Shown here: positions 21,104 to 31,426 of the stretch, in pieces
Numbering within the stretch: the stretch's first letter is position 1
Layout of the letters: each line of letters opens with the position of its first letter
Source of the DNA: an uncultured Pseudomonadota bacterium
GTDB lineage: Bacteria > Pseudomonadota > Alphaproteobacteria > RF32 > CAG-239
DNA: 64,000 nt
Assembly (NCBI GenBank): GCA_902763155.1
Contig: CACWQS010000007.1
Coordinates: 3,184 to 67,183, forward strand
Reading direction: 5' to 3'
Notes under the pieces: model-generated
The model's database searches: none
What the model was told of the DNA's origin: nothing
What the model saw: the letters and a program-made list of their open reading frames with translations, nothing else
Position numbers and translations under genes: made by a program

Positions 21104-21877
21104 ATGTTAATAAGTTGTCCTAAATGTGTTGCCGTGTATAATATTGCGGCTGATAAAATACCGGAACAAGGCCGTCGTTTCAAATGTGTGGAATGCGGTA
21201 ATGTGTGGACGGTATATCCAAGAGATGTTTCCGATATCGAGCCGGAAAATAAGATTAAAGCACAAAAGATTTTACAAAATGAAAACGATATGAAGGAAAT
21301 GTTTCATCGTTTATCTAAAGATACCGACAACTTATTCGCAGGTAATGAGGAAATAGTTTACAGTAAAAGCATGAATTCTGCTCAAGATAAATTAACAGAG
21401 CCTATAGATATTGCTAAGCGGAAAATACAGGTTCTATTCTCTCCTTTTTTATTAAACGGATTCATTTTATTTTTCATCGCTATTTTTACCGTGTTCATCG
21501 GTTATTTTAACAGATATGAAATTGTCCGTTTTGCACCGGCGATGGAAAGCTTTTACAATAATCTGAATTTGAATAGTGTTTATTCCGCTCGTAACGTGAT
21601 ATTCGACCAGCTTGATGTTAAGCCGGTTAAACATGGCATGAAGCATTTTGTGGAAATATCCGGTCGGTTGTATAATCAGGGACCGTATAAAGCCAAATTG
21701 CTGCCGATTGTTGCCCGTTTGGAAACAAATACCGGCGAGATGATGGTCACTGCAACAAAATTACCGTCAATAAAAGACCTTCCACCACGGATGAGTGCGA
21801 TGTTTTTTATGATATTGGAAAATAAAACCGCTGAGGCTAAAATTATTCGTTTATCTTTTGCCGAAAACGGTAAATAA
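21104..21877 (+). CDS. Zinc-ribbon (MJ0042-type) / DUF3426-like membrane protein
   Basis: MLISCPKC...FKCVECGNVW, one TM segment, C-terminal Ig-like domain; divergent from ftsE as in other alphas. Confidence 0.8.
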   Translation: MLISCPKCVAVYNIAADKIPEQGRRFKCVECGNVWTVYPRDVSDIEPENKIKAQKILQNENDMKEMFHRLSKDTDNLFAGNEEIVYSKSMNSAQDKLTEPIDIAKRKIQVLFSPFLLNGFILFFIAIFTVFIGYFNRYEIVRFAPAMESFYNNLNLNSVYSARNVIFDQLDVKPVKHGMKHFVEISGRLYNQGPYKAKLLPIVARLETNTGEMMVTATKLPSIKDLPPRMSAMFFMILENKTAEAKIIRLSFAENGK

Positions 21878-21899
21878 CCTAAATAATATGGAGATAAAA

Positions 21900-22352
21900 A
21901 TGTTAAGAGATGATTTGCAAAACAGTTTAAAAGAAGCAATGAAACAAAGAGATACCAAAACCGTCAATGCCGTGCGATTGATTATTGCCGGTCAGAAGGA
22001 AAAGGATGTTGAAGCACGCGGTAAAGGTAGAGAAAAAGCCGATGATACCGAGCTTTTAGCCATGATGCAAACCATGATTAAACAACGTAACGAATCTATT
22101 CGTATTTATACCGAAGGCAATCGTGCCGATTTGGCAACTAAAGAGCAAGATGAAATTGATGTTATCTCTCGCTTTTTACCGAAGCAAATGAGTGCCGAAG
22201 AAATAAATGCCGCCATCAAAGAAGCCATTAGTGCCACAGGTGCCGCCGGTATTAAAGATATGGGAAAAGTTATGGGAGCCTTAAAAACGAAATATACCGG
22301 TCAGATGGATTTTGGTGCGGCTTCCGGCATTATCAAACAACTTCTGGGATAG
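21900..22352 (+). CDS. GatB/YqeY domain protein
   Basis: LKEAMK...KQRNESI...FLPKQMS...KDMGKVMG; ATG 21900 follows GGAG. Confidence 0.92.
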   Translation: MLRDDLQNSLKEAMKQRDTKTVNAVRLIIAGQKEKDVEARGKGREKADDTELLAMMQTMIKQRNESIRIYTEGNRADLATKEQDEIDVISRFLPKQMSAEEINAAIKEAISATGAAGIKDMGKVMGALKTKYTGQMDFGAASGIIKQLLG

Positions 22353-22367
22353 TTTTAAGCATCTAAG

Positions 22368-24200
22368 ATGACGGATGATTTACAAAAATTTTTAGATGAA
22401 TTAAGAAGTCGGCTTTCGATTGTCGATATTATCGGTCAAAAGGTAAAATTGACCAAACGAGGGCGAGAATATATTGGTTTGTGCCCGTTTCACCATGAAA
22501 AGACTCCGTCATTTACCATTAACGAAAGCAAAGGTTTTTACCATTGTTTCGGTTGCGGTGCGCATGGAGATATTATACGCTTTTTGATGGAGGCTGAAGG
22601 ATTGCCGTTTATGGAAGCGGTTAAAAAATTGGCGGATAAGGCCAATTTGCCGATGCCGGTATTTTCCAAAGAAAGCCAAGAACAAAGCCAAAAACGTAAA
22701 TCTCTGTATGAAATAATGGATATGGCGGCGGCATTTTTTGAAAAGAATCTAAAGATGCCGATTGGTGCCTACGGATTGCGCTATTTTAAGGAGAAACGCG
22801 GTTTAAGTGATGATATTATCCAAAAATTTCGTTTGGGGTATGCGCCCAACAATAACGGCTTAAAAGCCCTACTCCTTTCCAAAGGCGTTTCCGAGCAAGA
22901 TATGGCGGAATTGGGGCTGATTGCGATACCTGAGGATAAAAACCGTCAGTCACACGATTTTTTCCGCGAACGAGTGATGATTCCGATTATGGATAAACAA
23001 GGCAATGTGATTGCCTTCGGTGGTCGCATAATGGACAACAGTCAACCCAAATATCTTAATTCACCGGAAACTCCGATTTTTAATAAACGCCGTATCCTTT
23101 ATAATATGACGCATGCTCGCGAATCGGCTTACCAGAATAAGCGACTGATTATTTGCGAAGGGTATATGGATGTTATCGCGCTTGACAGCTTCGGCTTTAA
23201 TTATGCGGTAGCACCGCTCGGAACGGCATTGACCGAAGAACAAATCTTAGAAGCATGGAAAGTTTGTCCTAACCCGATTTTATGTTTTGACGGCGACGGA
23301 GCCGGTATTAAAGCGGCGATTCGTTCTATTGACAGAGTGTTACCGATTTTGCGTGCCGGATATTCGGTCAGTTATATCTTTTTGAAAGAAAAGAAGGATC
23401 CGGACGAACTGTTGCACACCTTAGGACCGGCGGTATTTGAGCAATATTTACAACGCGCTAAACCTTTGGTTGATATTCTGTGGCACAAATGCAAAATGAA
23501 CAAAGATACTTCAACACCAGAACAAAAAGCTCTGATAGAAAAAGAGGTTTATGAGGAAGTCGGTAAAATCAAAGATGCACAAATTCGCAGTTATTATGCT
23601 CAAGAAATGAAACAACGCATATATTATACCTTCGGCAAGGGCGCGCAGATTAAAAAGCAACAAAATGAGCAAAGTGGAACCAATGCAAATGTTTCGCAGC
23701 CGACTAAGCGTTTCGGCTCTCAAACTTCAACCGGTTATAATTTGGTTAAAAAGCCTCCGTTATCTGATTTGGATTTGCGTAATGTTGTTGCGGCATTGAT
23801 TTTGTATCCGGAATTAATCAGCAAATATGAAGAGCGCTTATCGTCATTTGAAATAGGTAATTCGCAAATGGCGAAGATTTTAACGGATATTATCGAAATC
23901 AATCAGGAAGATGGGCATCTTGACAGTGATATATTGCTTGAAAAAATTAAGTTAAATTTTACCGGCGAAATCGGTGATTTGTGGGAGCTGAATATGTATC
24001 GCCAACAAAAACTGAGCATGCAGGATTTAAATACTCAAATCAACAGCTGTTTAATTGCCATTCAACTTAAACAAATTGATGCCGACATCAAAGAATGTAT
24101 GACTTCAATGCAGAATAATCCGGCAGATTTGGAAGAAATCAATACTCGATACCAACAACTGGTTAAAGAACGCAATGCTCTTATTTTGGCACAAGAATAA
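22368..24200 (+). CDS. dnaG: DNA primase
   Basis: CPFHHEKTPSF zinc finger, FGGR, KYLNSPET, EGYMDVI, FDGDGAG TOPRIM. Confidence 0.97.
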   Translation: MTDDLQKFLDELRSRLSIVDIIGQKVKLTKRGREYIGLCPFHHEKTPSFTINESKGFYHCFGCGAHGDIIRFLMEAEGLPFMEAVKKLADKANLPMPVFSKESQEQSQKRKSLYEIMDMAAAFFEKNLKMPIGAYGLRYFKEKRGLSDDIIQKFRLGYAPNNNGLKALLLSKGVSEQDMAELGLIAIPEDKNRQSHDFFRERVMIPIMDKQGNVIAFGGRIMDNSQPKYLNSPETPIFNKRRILYNMTHARESAYQNKRLIICEGYMDVIALDSFGFNYAVAPLGTALTEEQILEAWKVCPNPILCFDGDGAGIKAAIRSIDRVLPILRAGYSVSYIFLKEKKDPDELLHTLGPAVFEQYLQRAKPLVDILWHKCKMNKDTSTPEQKALIEKEVYEEVGKIKDAQIRSYYAQEMKQRIYYTFGKGAQIKKQQNEQSGTNANVSQPTKRFGSQTSTGYNLVKKPPLSDLDLRNVVAALILYPELISKYEERLSSFEIGNSQMAKILTDIIEINQEDGHLDSDILLEKIKLNFTGEIGDLWELNMYRQQKLSMQDLNTQINSCLIAIQLKQIDADIKECMTSMQNNPADLEEINTRYQQLVKERNALILAQE

Positions 24201-24204
24201 ATAG

Positions 24205-25434
24205 TTATTCATATCTCAGCGCATTTATCGGATTTAATAATGACGCTTTATAAGCGGGGAAAAAGCCGAATAGCAAACCGACAATACCGGAAAAGCTAAA
24301 CGGTAGCAATACATAAAATGTCGATAATACTGCCGAAATAGAAGAAAAAAGCGGCAAAATAAGAGTGCCGATAATCCCTATGGCTACTCCGATTAAACCG
24401 CCGATAAGCGATAAAATCAGCGCCTCCATCAAAAATTGCCACCGAATATCCCACCGCTTGGCGCCAATAGCCATTCGAATACCGATTTCTCTTGTTCGCT
24501 CGGTAACCGAAACCAACATAATGTTCATAATTCCGATACCACCGACAAGAAGTGAAATAGAGGCAATTGAACCGAGCAAAATTGTCATAATCTGCGTTGA
24601 AGATTGCATCATCTCCATAAACTGCGTCAAATTCATAATAGAAAAATCATCTTCCTTATTCAGCCCTAAATTATGACGCTGGCGCAACAGAGCAGAAATT
24701 TCTTCTTGTGAAGTATATGTATCTTCTGCCCGATAGGCCTGAAGCATAATCATATTAACCATATCCGGAAATTGAGTACCCGAAAGTTTTTTCTGCACGG
24801 TAGAAAGCGGCAAATATATCATATCATCTTGGTCTTGTCCAGGACCGCTTTGTCCTCGTGCCGGTAAAGCGCCGATAACGGTAAATGGAATTCCTTTAAC
24901 CCGTATGGTTTTACCCAAAGGATCAATATCTCCAAACAGTTGTTTAACCACGGTTTGTCCTAAAATAGCCACTTTGTTGGCATTTTTCAAATCAGCTTCA
25001 GAAAACAAACGTCCGTATGACAAATCCCATTCTTTAATTTCAAAATAGCGATTATCGGTGCCGATTATATTAGTAGCCCAGTTGGTATTACCATAAACAA
25101 TTTGCCCGCTGTCATTAACCACCGGTGCGGCGAGATGAATAGCCGCTACTTTTTCTTCAATGGCATTGGCATCGCCGTTTTTTAATGTCGGTTGCGAGCC
25201 GTGCCCCATGCGTGCACCTCCGGAAGTGCTTGAGCCTGAGCGAATCATAATTAAATTAGTTCCCATTGAACGCATTTCGTTTTGCAGCGAAATTTGCGCC
25301 CCGTTACCGATGGATAGCATCACAATTACCGCCGCAACGCCGATAATAATTCCCAAACTGGTTAATACCGAGCGCATTTTATTGGCTTTGATAGCGCGTA
25401 AGGCAATTTTAGTTATGGTTCTTAATTCTATCAT
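24205..25434 (-). CDS. MacB-like ABC transporter permease
   Basis: RSVLTSLGIIIGVAAV, VGGIGIMNIMLVSVTERTREIGIRMAIGA, PINALRYE. Confidence 0.93.
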   Translation of the reverse strand: MIELRTITKIALRAIKANKMRSVLTSLGIIIGVAAVIVMLSIGNGAQISLQNEMRSMGTNLIMIRSGSSTSGGARMGHGSQPTLKNGDANAIEEKVAAIHLAAPVVNDSGQIVYGNTNWATNIIGTDNRYFEIKEWDLSYGRLFSEADLKNANKVAILGQTVVKQLFGDIDPLGKTIRVKGIPFTVIGALPARGQSGPGQDQDDMIYLPLSTVQKKLSGTQFPDMVNMIMLQAYRAEDTYTSQEEISALLRQRHNLGLNKEDDFSIMNLTQFMEMMQSSTQIMTILLGSIASISLLVGGIGIMNIMLVSVTERTREIGIRMAIGAKRWDIRWQFLMEALILSLIGGLIGVAIGIIGTLILPLFSSISAVLSTFYVLLPFSFSGIVGLLFGFFPAYKASLLNPINALRYE

Positions 25435-26138
25435 TTACCTACTCTTTTCTTATTTAATGTATCGCTATGAATCTCTCCATCGACGATTTTTATAATTCTA
25501 TCAGCATAAAGGGCGATATCTTCTTCGTGCGTTACCAAGATAATGGTGCGATTAAGTTCTTTATTCAATCGAGTAAAAAGCTCCATAATTTCCACACTCA
25601 TCTTGGTATCCAAGTTACCGGTCGGCTCATCAGCAAAAATAATCGGCGCATCGTTGACGATGGCACGAGCGATCGCCACGCGCTGTTGTTGTCCGCCGGA
25701 AAGTTGATTCGGTTGGTGATGCATACGCTCTTTCAATCCGACATCGGTCAACGCTTTAATAGCTTTTTTGCGTCGCGTTTTATCATCTAAGCCGGAATAA
25801 ACCATCGGCAATTCCACATTTTCGAGTGCCGAAGTGCGCGAAAGCAAATTAAACCCCTGAAATACGAAACCTATTTTGCGATTGCGAATTTCCGCCAAGG
25901 CATCTGCATCAAGATTTTCGACATTTTTCCCGTCTAAAACATACTCGCCGTTTGTCGGAGTATCTAAGCAACCCAAAATATTCATTAAAGTAGACTTACC
26001 GGAACCTGAGGGGCCCATAATCGCCACAAATTCACCGGATTTTATTTCTAAATCTATCCCTTTTAAAATTTCCAAATCAAAACCATCAAGCGGGTAACTC
26101 TTATGAATGTTTTTGAGTTTAATCAAAATTTCGGTCAT
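25431..26138 (-). CDS. MacB/LolD-like ABC transporter ATP-binding protein
   Basis: [41 protein letters not shown]. Confidence 0.93.
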   Translation of the reverse strand: MTEILIKLKNIHKSYPLDGFDLEILKGIDLEIKSGEFVAIMGPSGSGKSTLMNILGCLDTPTNGEYVLDGKNVENLDADALAEIRNRKIGFVFQGFNLLSRTSALENVELPMVYSGLDDKTRRKKAIKALTDVGLKERMHHQPNQLSGGQQQRVAIARAIVNDAPIIFADEPTGNLDTKMSVEIMELFTRLNKELNRTIILVTHEEDIALYADRIIKIVDGEIHSDTLNKKRVGK

Positions 26139-27364
26139 TAGCGCGGCATCCTTAATCTGGTTTGACGTTCTTTTCCAGTATTACCGGTTTTGGCAACAAT
26201 AACTTTATTCCCCTCGCCCAATTCATCGGAGATAATCTGGGTAAAATTATCATTGCTGATTCCGGTTTTTACGGAAATACGTTGCGGCTTACCATCTCTT
26301 AAAATCCATATACCTCGATCGGAATAACGCTTGTTATTGTCACCGTCTTCCATGTAAAAACGCAAAGATTGGTTCGGTGCCAAAAGCACATTTTTTTCAT
26401 CGGCGGTAATAATTTCGACATTAGCCGTCATCCCCGGTTTGAGTTTCATATCGCTATTATCAATTTCGATTACCACCATGTAAGTTACCACGTTTGAGGT
26501 TGTAATAGCTTCGTTACGAACTTGCACCACATATCCGTAAAAATATTCATCGGCATAACTATCTACCGTAAAACGCACGGTTTGCCCATCTTTGACTTTG
26601 GCTATATCGGCTTCGGCTACGGTGGCTTCAATTTGCATCTTGGTTAAATCTTCTGCAACCGAGAACAACTCTGGGGTTGAAAAACTGGCGGCAACCGTTT
26701 GCCCTACTTCAACTGCTTTAGAAATAACGATGCCATTTACCGGCGATTTAATCTCGGTGTATGAAAGTTCGGTTAAGGCTGAATTAAGTGCAGCTTGAGC
26801 CTGTTTAACCTGTGCTTGATCCAGTTGTAACTGCGCCAAGGCGTTATCATAATCGCGCTCGGCGGCTTCCAAATCTTTAACCGCCGAATATTTTGAGGCA
26901 TTAAGTTTACTTATTCTATCAAGCGCTTTTTTATAATATTTAATATTATTTTCTTCCACAGCGACCTGCGCTTTAGCAATTTCGAGCGCAGCCTCGCGTT
27001 GAGCCACGTTAGCTTTGGCATTATCTTGATCTATCAGCGCCAAAAGCTGTCCTTCTTTAACTTCTGAGTTATAGTCAACGTAAATTTCGGCAATACGTCC
27101 CGATGCTTGTGTACCGATTGAAACGATTGAAAGCGGATTTATGGTACCGGAAGCGGTAATAACTTCAGTAATATTACCAATGGTAAGCGGCTGAGTTTTA
27201 TATGTTTTGGCACTACTGTTTCCTAACAATAAACTGCCGCACCAAGCCAGAAGTGCTATCCCCGCTACTATAATGAGCCATTGCTTGCGATTCAATTCAC
27301 GCCATTTAATATTTTTAACTTTTTCATATAACATCTTAATTTTATTAAAAAATTTTTGTTTCAT
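26138..27364 (-). CDS. MacA-like periplasmic adaptor (efflux membrane fusion protein)
   Basis: ITASGTINP, IYVDYNSEVKEGQLLA, GQTVAASFSTPELF, LKPGMTANV; ATG 27364 follows GGAG. Confidence 0.9.
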   Translation of the reverse strand: MKQKFFNKIKMLYEKVKNIKWRELNRKQWLIIVAGIALLAWCGSLLLGNSSAKTYKTQPLTIGNITEVITASGTINPLSIVSIGTQASGRIAEIYVDYNSEVKEGQLLALIDQDNAKANVAQREAALEIAKAQVAVEENNIKYYKKALDRISKLNASKYSAVKDLEAAERDYDNALAQLQLDQAQVKQAQAALNSALTELSYTEIKSPVNGIVISKAVEVGQTVAASFSTPELFSVAEDLTKMQIEATVAEADIAKVKDGQTVRFTVDSYADEYFYGYVVQVRNEAITTSNVVTYMVVIEIDNSDMKLKPGMTANVEIITADEKNVLLAPNQSLRFYMEDGDNNKRYSDRGIWILRDGKPQRISVKTGISNDNFTQIISDELGEGNKVIVAKTGNTGKERQTRLRMPR

Positions 27365-27486
27365 CGCTTTATTCTCCAACTCTTCTTTATCGCTTAATAT
27401 AAATATATTTAATTCCAATGTCCAGCGATATTAAAAATTATTTATACTTTGAGGTATGTATAATTTTTTGAATTTAGATTCAAATC

Positions 27487-27517
27487 TTGACAATTACCGA
27501 CAAATAGCGTATATAAA
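27487..27517 (+). promoter_or_regulatory. Sigma70-type promoter of smpB
   Basis: TTGACA, 17 nt spacer, TATATA. Confidence 0.6.
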
Positions 27518-27537
27518 TGCTCTGGAAGGCAAGAAAA

Positions 27538-28017
27538 ATGGCACAAAAGAATAAAAAATCTGATTTTATTTCCACCGGTTTGGTCGCCCCAAACCGACGT
27601 GCTCGTTTTGACTATACTATTAACGAAACTTTTGAAGCCGGCCTTATTTTAACCGGAACCGAAGTAAAATCTCTGCGCCTAGGACATGCTAATATTAACG
27701 ACGCCTACGGTATTATCGAAAAAGATGAGCTCTACATGAGCAATATGTTTATTGCCGCTTATGATAATCAAGGTTATGCCAGCCATGCCGAACGTCGCAA
27801 TCGCAAACTCTTGTTGCATCATCGAGAAATTGTAAAAATTATCAATGCACTTAATCGCAAAGGTTCAACCTTGGTTGCGATAAAGCTGTATTTTGACAAA
27901 CGCGGGCGTGCCAAGTTGGAAATAGGTCTCGGTACCGGTAAAAAACTCTATGACAAGCGTGAAACGATGAAAGAACGGGATTGGAATCGCGAAAAAGCCC
28001 GTATTATGGCACACTAA
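27538..28017 (+). CDS. smpB: SsrA-binding protein
   Basis: NRRARFDY, EAGLILTGTEVKSLR, RKLLLH, GKKLYDKRE. Confidence 0.97.
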   Translation: MAQKNKKSDFISTGLVAPNRRARFDYTINETFEAGLILTGTEVKSLRLGHANINDAYGIIEKDELYMSNMFIAAYDNQGYASHAERRNRKLLLHHREIVKIINALNRKGSTLVAIKLYFDKRGRAKLEIGLGTGKKLYDKRETMKERDWNREKARIMAH

Positions 28018-28021
28018 ACCA

Positions 28022-28243
28022 CTATGAGTGCAACTTCTTTTCAACTTTTGCCACTTCATGATTGGTCTTTTCAAAATGATCAATTTCGTGGTGATAATGA
28101 TTAACCACGTGGTAAAGTTTGTGCCAAAAGCCCTGCTCTACGCTAACAACCGTCCCCCATACCGCCATAACAAACATTATAATGGTTACAATACTTTCGG
28201 CTATATCAAGAGTTTCTTTTATGTCATATTTTTTCTTTTTCAT
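28022..28243 (-). CDS. Small hypothetical membrane protein with His-rich tail
   Basis: 73 aa, single TM segment, HVVNHYHHEIDH; fills the gap and converges on smpB. Confidence 0.5.
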   Translation of the reverse strand: MKKKKYDIKETLDIAESIVTIIMFVMAVWGTVVSVEQGFWHKLYHVVNHYHHEIDHFEKTNHEVAKVEKKLHS

Positions 28244-28320
28244 AGGGCTTAGATAGTTCTATGTGAAATATATTCAACCTCTACAATTGTATATTTTTGC
28301 AAATAATATATATTTAACTA

Positions 28321-28349
28321 TTGACAATTTATATAAATGTCACTAAATT
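28321..28349 (+). promoter_or_regulatory. Sigma70-type promoter of rpoD
   Basis: TTGACA, 17 nt spacer, TAAATT. Confidence 0.6.
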
Positions 28350-28412
28350 AACCGCGCTAGCAAAGTATAGCCACTAAAAAGGCTACATAAAAATCGATTT
28401 TTAAGGAACGTT

Positions 28413-30509
28413 ATGGCTGAGAAAAATAATCAAGACGTATATGACAATAATGCCGATTCTGCCACAGTTGATGCTGGGGCTTCTGCTTTGCGTCATTTAT
28501 TAGCTAAGGGCAAAAAACTCGGATATATTACCATGGAGGAACTCAACAAAGTTCTACCTTCAGAAAAACTCTCATCTGAAAAAATAGAAGATGTAATGTC
28601 TAGTATTTCCGATATGGGAATAAATATCATCTCTGATGCCGATATTGATACCGAAGATGAAGAAAATGCCGATAATGGTGATTATGACTACGAGCAAGAT
28701 GATACTGAAGATGAGGAAGTTGGTAATATTGACTCAAAGGATATCGGACATTCTGATGATCCGGTAAGAATGTATCTTAAAGAAATGGGATTGGTCGAAC
28801 TGCTCTCGCGTGAAGGTGAAATAGCTATTTCAAAGCGCATTGAGGCCGGAAAAACCGTAATGATTGGCGGTTTGTGCGAAAGTCCGATGACCATTAAAGC
28901 TATTGCCGGTTGGCGCGATGAGCTGCAAAACGGCACTATGCAACTGCGCGATATTGTCGATTTGGAAATGATGTTTGGAGGCGATTCCGATGCTATCGAA
29001 TTTGAAGATGAAAGCGATAACACCGGAGTTGATTATTTGGAAAAAGTTACCAAGGAACTCAATGAAAAAAATCTTGACGATATCGATGATGATTTGGAAA
29101 ATGACATTGATATAGAAAACGATGTTACCGACAATATTGATGAAGAAGATGAAGATGAACAGCTTGATACATTAAACGATGAAGGGGAAGAATCTTCAGA
29201 AAATGAAGATGAAGACGATGTTGATGGCGGTTCTCGCAATACAACATCTATAACAGCGATGGAAAACGCTTTATTGCCGCAGGTTTTGGAAACACTTAAT
29301 AAAATTTCCAGTTATTATGATAATTTGAAAAAGATTCAAAGTCAGCGTATGGCATCATTTCTTTCTGGGCGTAAAGTGATTGCCGCTACCGAACGCCGTT
29401 ATTTGAATTTGAAAAAAGAACTGGTTGAACTTATGAGTTCCATCAGCTTAAACAGTGCTAAAGTAGAACAACTGGTCGAACAATTAAATGATATGAATAA
29501 TCGGCTGATGAGCCAAGAAGGAAAACTTCTGCGCTACGCTCTTTCGTGCAAGATTAAACGTGAAGACTTTTTGGAAGCTTATCAAAAATCGGAATTGGAT
29601 CCGACTTGGCTTGATAAAATTTCAATGAAAAAAGATAAACATTGGGCGTCTTTTGTTGAAAAATATAAAGATGAAATTATCGAAATTCGTCAGAATGTAG
29701 CACAAATGGCGCAAGAATGCGGATTGCCTATCAGTGAATATCGCAAAATGGTTGATACCATTAAAAAAGGTGAACGTGAAGCAGAACGCGCTAAAAAGGA
29801 AATGATTGAAGCAAACCTCCGTTTGGTAATCTCAATTGCGAAAAAATATACCAATCGCGGTATGCAGTTCTTGGATTTAATTCAAGAAGGCAATATCGGC
29901 TTAATGAAAGCTGTTGATAAATTTGAATATCGCCGCGGTTATAAGTTTTCAACCTATGCCACATGGTGGATACGTCAGGCCATTACCCGCTCTATTGCCG
30001 ATCAGGCACGCACCATTCGTATTCCGGTTCACATGATAGAAACCATCAACAAACTGGTGCGCACTTCTCGACAAATGCTTTCGGAAATGGGACGTGAACC
30101 GGTGCCGGAAGAATTGGCAAAACGGCTTTCGATGCCGCTTGAAAAAATCCGCAAAGTTATGAAAATTGCCAAAGAACCGGTTAGCTTGGAAGCTCCGGTG
30201 GGAGATGAAGAAGATTCTTCTTTGGGTGATTTTATTGCGGACGAGAGTGTATTGCAGCCTTTAGATATGGCTATTCATTCTAATTTGAAAGAAACTTGCA
30301 CACGTATCTTATCTTCGTTGCAACCGCGTGAGGAACGTGTTTTACGTATGCGTTTCGGCATTGGTATGAATACGGATCATACATTGGAAGAGGTGGGTAA
30401 GCAATTTAATGTTACTCGTGAACGTATTCGTCAAATTGAAGCGAAGGCTCTGCGTAAATTAAAGCACCCTAGCCGCTCACGAAAGTTACGTTCTTTCTTG
30501 GATCAATAA
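28413..30509 (+). CDS. rpoD: RNA polymerase sigma factor RpoD
   Basis: Region 1.1, [58 protein letters not shown]. Confidence 0.98.
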   Translation: MAEKNNQDVYDNNADSATVDAGASALRHLLAKGKKLGYITMEELNKVLPSEKLSSEKIEDVMSSISDMGINIISDADIDTEDEENADNGDYDYEQDDTEDEEVGNIDSKDIGHSDDPVRMYLKEMGLVELLSREGEIAISKRIEAGKTVMIGGLCESPMTIKAIAGWRDELQNGTMQLRDIVDLEMMFGGDSDAIEFEDESDNTGVDYLEKVTKELNEKNLDDIDDDLENDIDIENDVTDNIDEEDEDEQLDTLNDEGEESSENEDEDDVDGGSRNTTSITAMENALLPQVLETLNKISSYYDNLKKIQSQRMASFLSGRKVIAATERRYLNLKKELVELMSSISLNSAKVEQLVEQLNDMNNRLMSQEGKLLRYALSCKIKREDFLEAYQKSELDPTWLDKISMKKDKHWASFVEKYKDEIIEIRQNVAQMAQECGLPISEYRKMVDTIKKGEREAERAKKEMIEANLRLVISIAKKYTNRGMQFLDLIQEGNIGLMKAVDKFEYRRGYKFSTYATWWIRQAITRSIADQARTIRIPVHMIETINKLVRTSRQMLSEMGREPVPEELAKRLSMPLEKIRKVMKIAKEPVSLEAPVGDEEDSSLGDFIADESVLQPLDMAIHSNLKETCTRILSSLQPREERVLRMRFGIGMNTDHTLEEVGKQFNVTRERIRQIEAKALRKLKHPSRSRKLRSFLDQ

Positions 30510-30515
30510 AAAAAT

Positions 30516-30546
30516 AAAACGCCGGCAAATAAAGTCGGCGTTTTTT
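30516..30546. terminator. Bidirectional intrinsic terminator between rpoD and the ankyrin gene
   Basis: aaaacgccggc-aaataaa-gtcggcgtttttt. Confidence 0.8.
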
Positions 30547-30566
30547 ACTTTATAAGTAAAGCTAAA

Positions 30567-31190
30567 TTAACGTTTCAATGCTGCTTTAACTTCATCATCG
30601 GTTGCATATTCAAAAACCGATTTACCATTATAATCACGAGCTTTTTTGCTGGCACCGGCGGTAATCAGCAAAGAAACCACATCCGGATTCCGATTAAGTG
30701 CCGCAGCATACATCAATGCCGTGCGACCATTATTATCTATAGCATTGATATCGGCACCATATTGTAAAATCATTTTAACCACTTTTGCCGATGCATCAGT
30801 GCGGCAAATATTCATCAATAATGTTCGCCCTTTTTGATCGCGAGAGTTAATATCGTTACCGGAATTATAACTTTCGTTTGGTGTTTGAGAAACCTCCCCA
30901 AATGCCGATAGTAAATTTTGTGCTAATGAACCTAAATCAGCACTTTGTCCTTGCTCACCGCCAAACATATTTAACAGTGTACCTAAACCACCTGAATTAT
31001 TCCCGTTTTCTGTCGGAGCATTTGCCGATGATGACTTTAAGAAACTTACGCCGATATTTTGCATAGCATAATTAACTGCTTTTTGAGTTAATTCATGGCG
31101 ATGTTGATAAGCGTAATAAGAACCTCCGGCAGCCGCCAACAACAAAATGATCATAAAAATACCTAAACCTATCAAAATTTTCTTCATCAT
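30567..31190 (-). CDS. Membrane-anchored ankyrin-repeat protein
   Basis: N-terminal TM; DINSRDQKGRTLLM, GADINAIDNNGRTALMYAA, ARDYNGKSV. Confidence 0.85.
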   Translation of the reverse strand: MMKKILIGLGIFMIILLLAAAGGSYYAYQHRHELTQKAVNYAMQNIGVSFLKSSSANAPTENGNNSGGLGTLLNMFGGEQGQSADLGSLAQNLLSAFGEVSQTPNESYNSGNDINSRDQKGRTLLMNICRTDASAKVVKMILQYGADINAIDNNGRTALMYAAALNRNPDVVSLLITAGASKKARDYNGKSVFEYATDDEVKAALKR

Positions 31191-31369
31191 AGATTATCTC
31201 CTTTTTTTCCCGTGCCAACACCGTTTGATAGTTCTACATATCAGGTACTGATAATTCCTACTTTATCTTCAAATCTGTTGTGTATCTAGTCCTTCAACTA
31301 CTTTATGGTCATATCTCGACTTTCGTCAAGCATTATTGCTTTATAATCCTCAACCGTCTTTTTATTATC

Positions 31370-31401
31370 AAAAACAGCCCGCACTTTCATCAAGAGCGGG
31401 C
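31370..31401 (-). terminator. thrS terminator
   Basis: Minus strand gcccgc-tcttgatgaaagt-gcgggc followed by tgttttt. Confidence 0.7.
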
Positions 31402-31426
31402 CTTTTATCTTCAATTATTGCTTGAG

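Noticed and set aside
27420-28412. tmRNA next to smpB
   Set aside because: The flanking intergenic regions are short and AT-rich, with no tRNA-like domain or tag reading frame.
30520-30540. rpoD terminator CGGCAAATAAAGTCG resembling the CGGC.AAATAAGCCG motif of leaders A/B
   Set aside because: An isolated hairpin with none of the other modules; adequately explained as a bidirectional terminator.
28252-31236. Shared 10-mer GATAGTTCTA upstream of two minus-strand genes (about 28252 and 31227)
   Set aside because: Only two copies, non-palindromic, at different distances from the start codons; compatible with chance.
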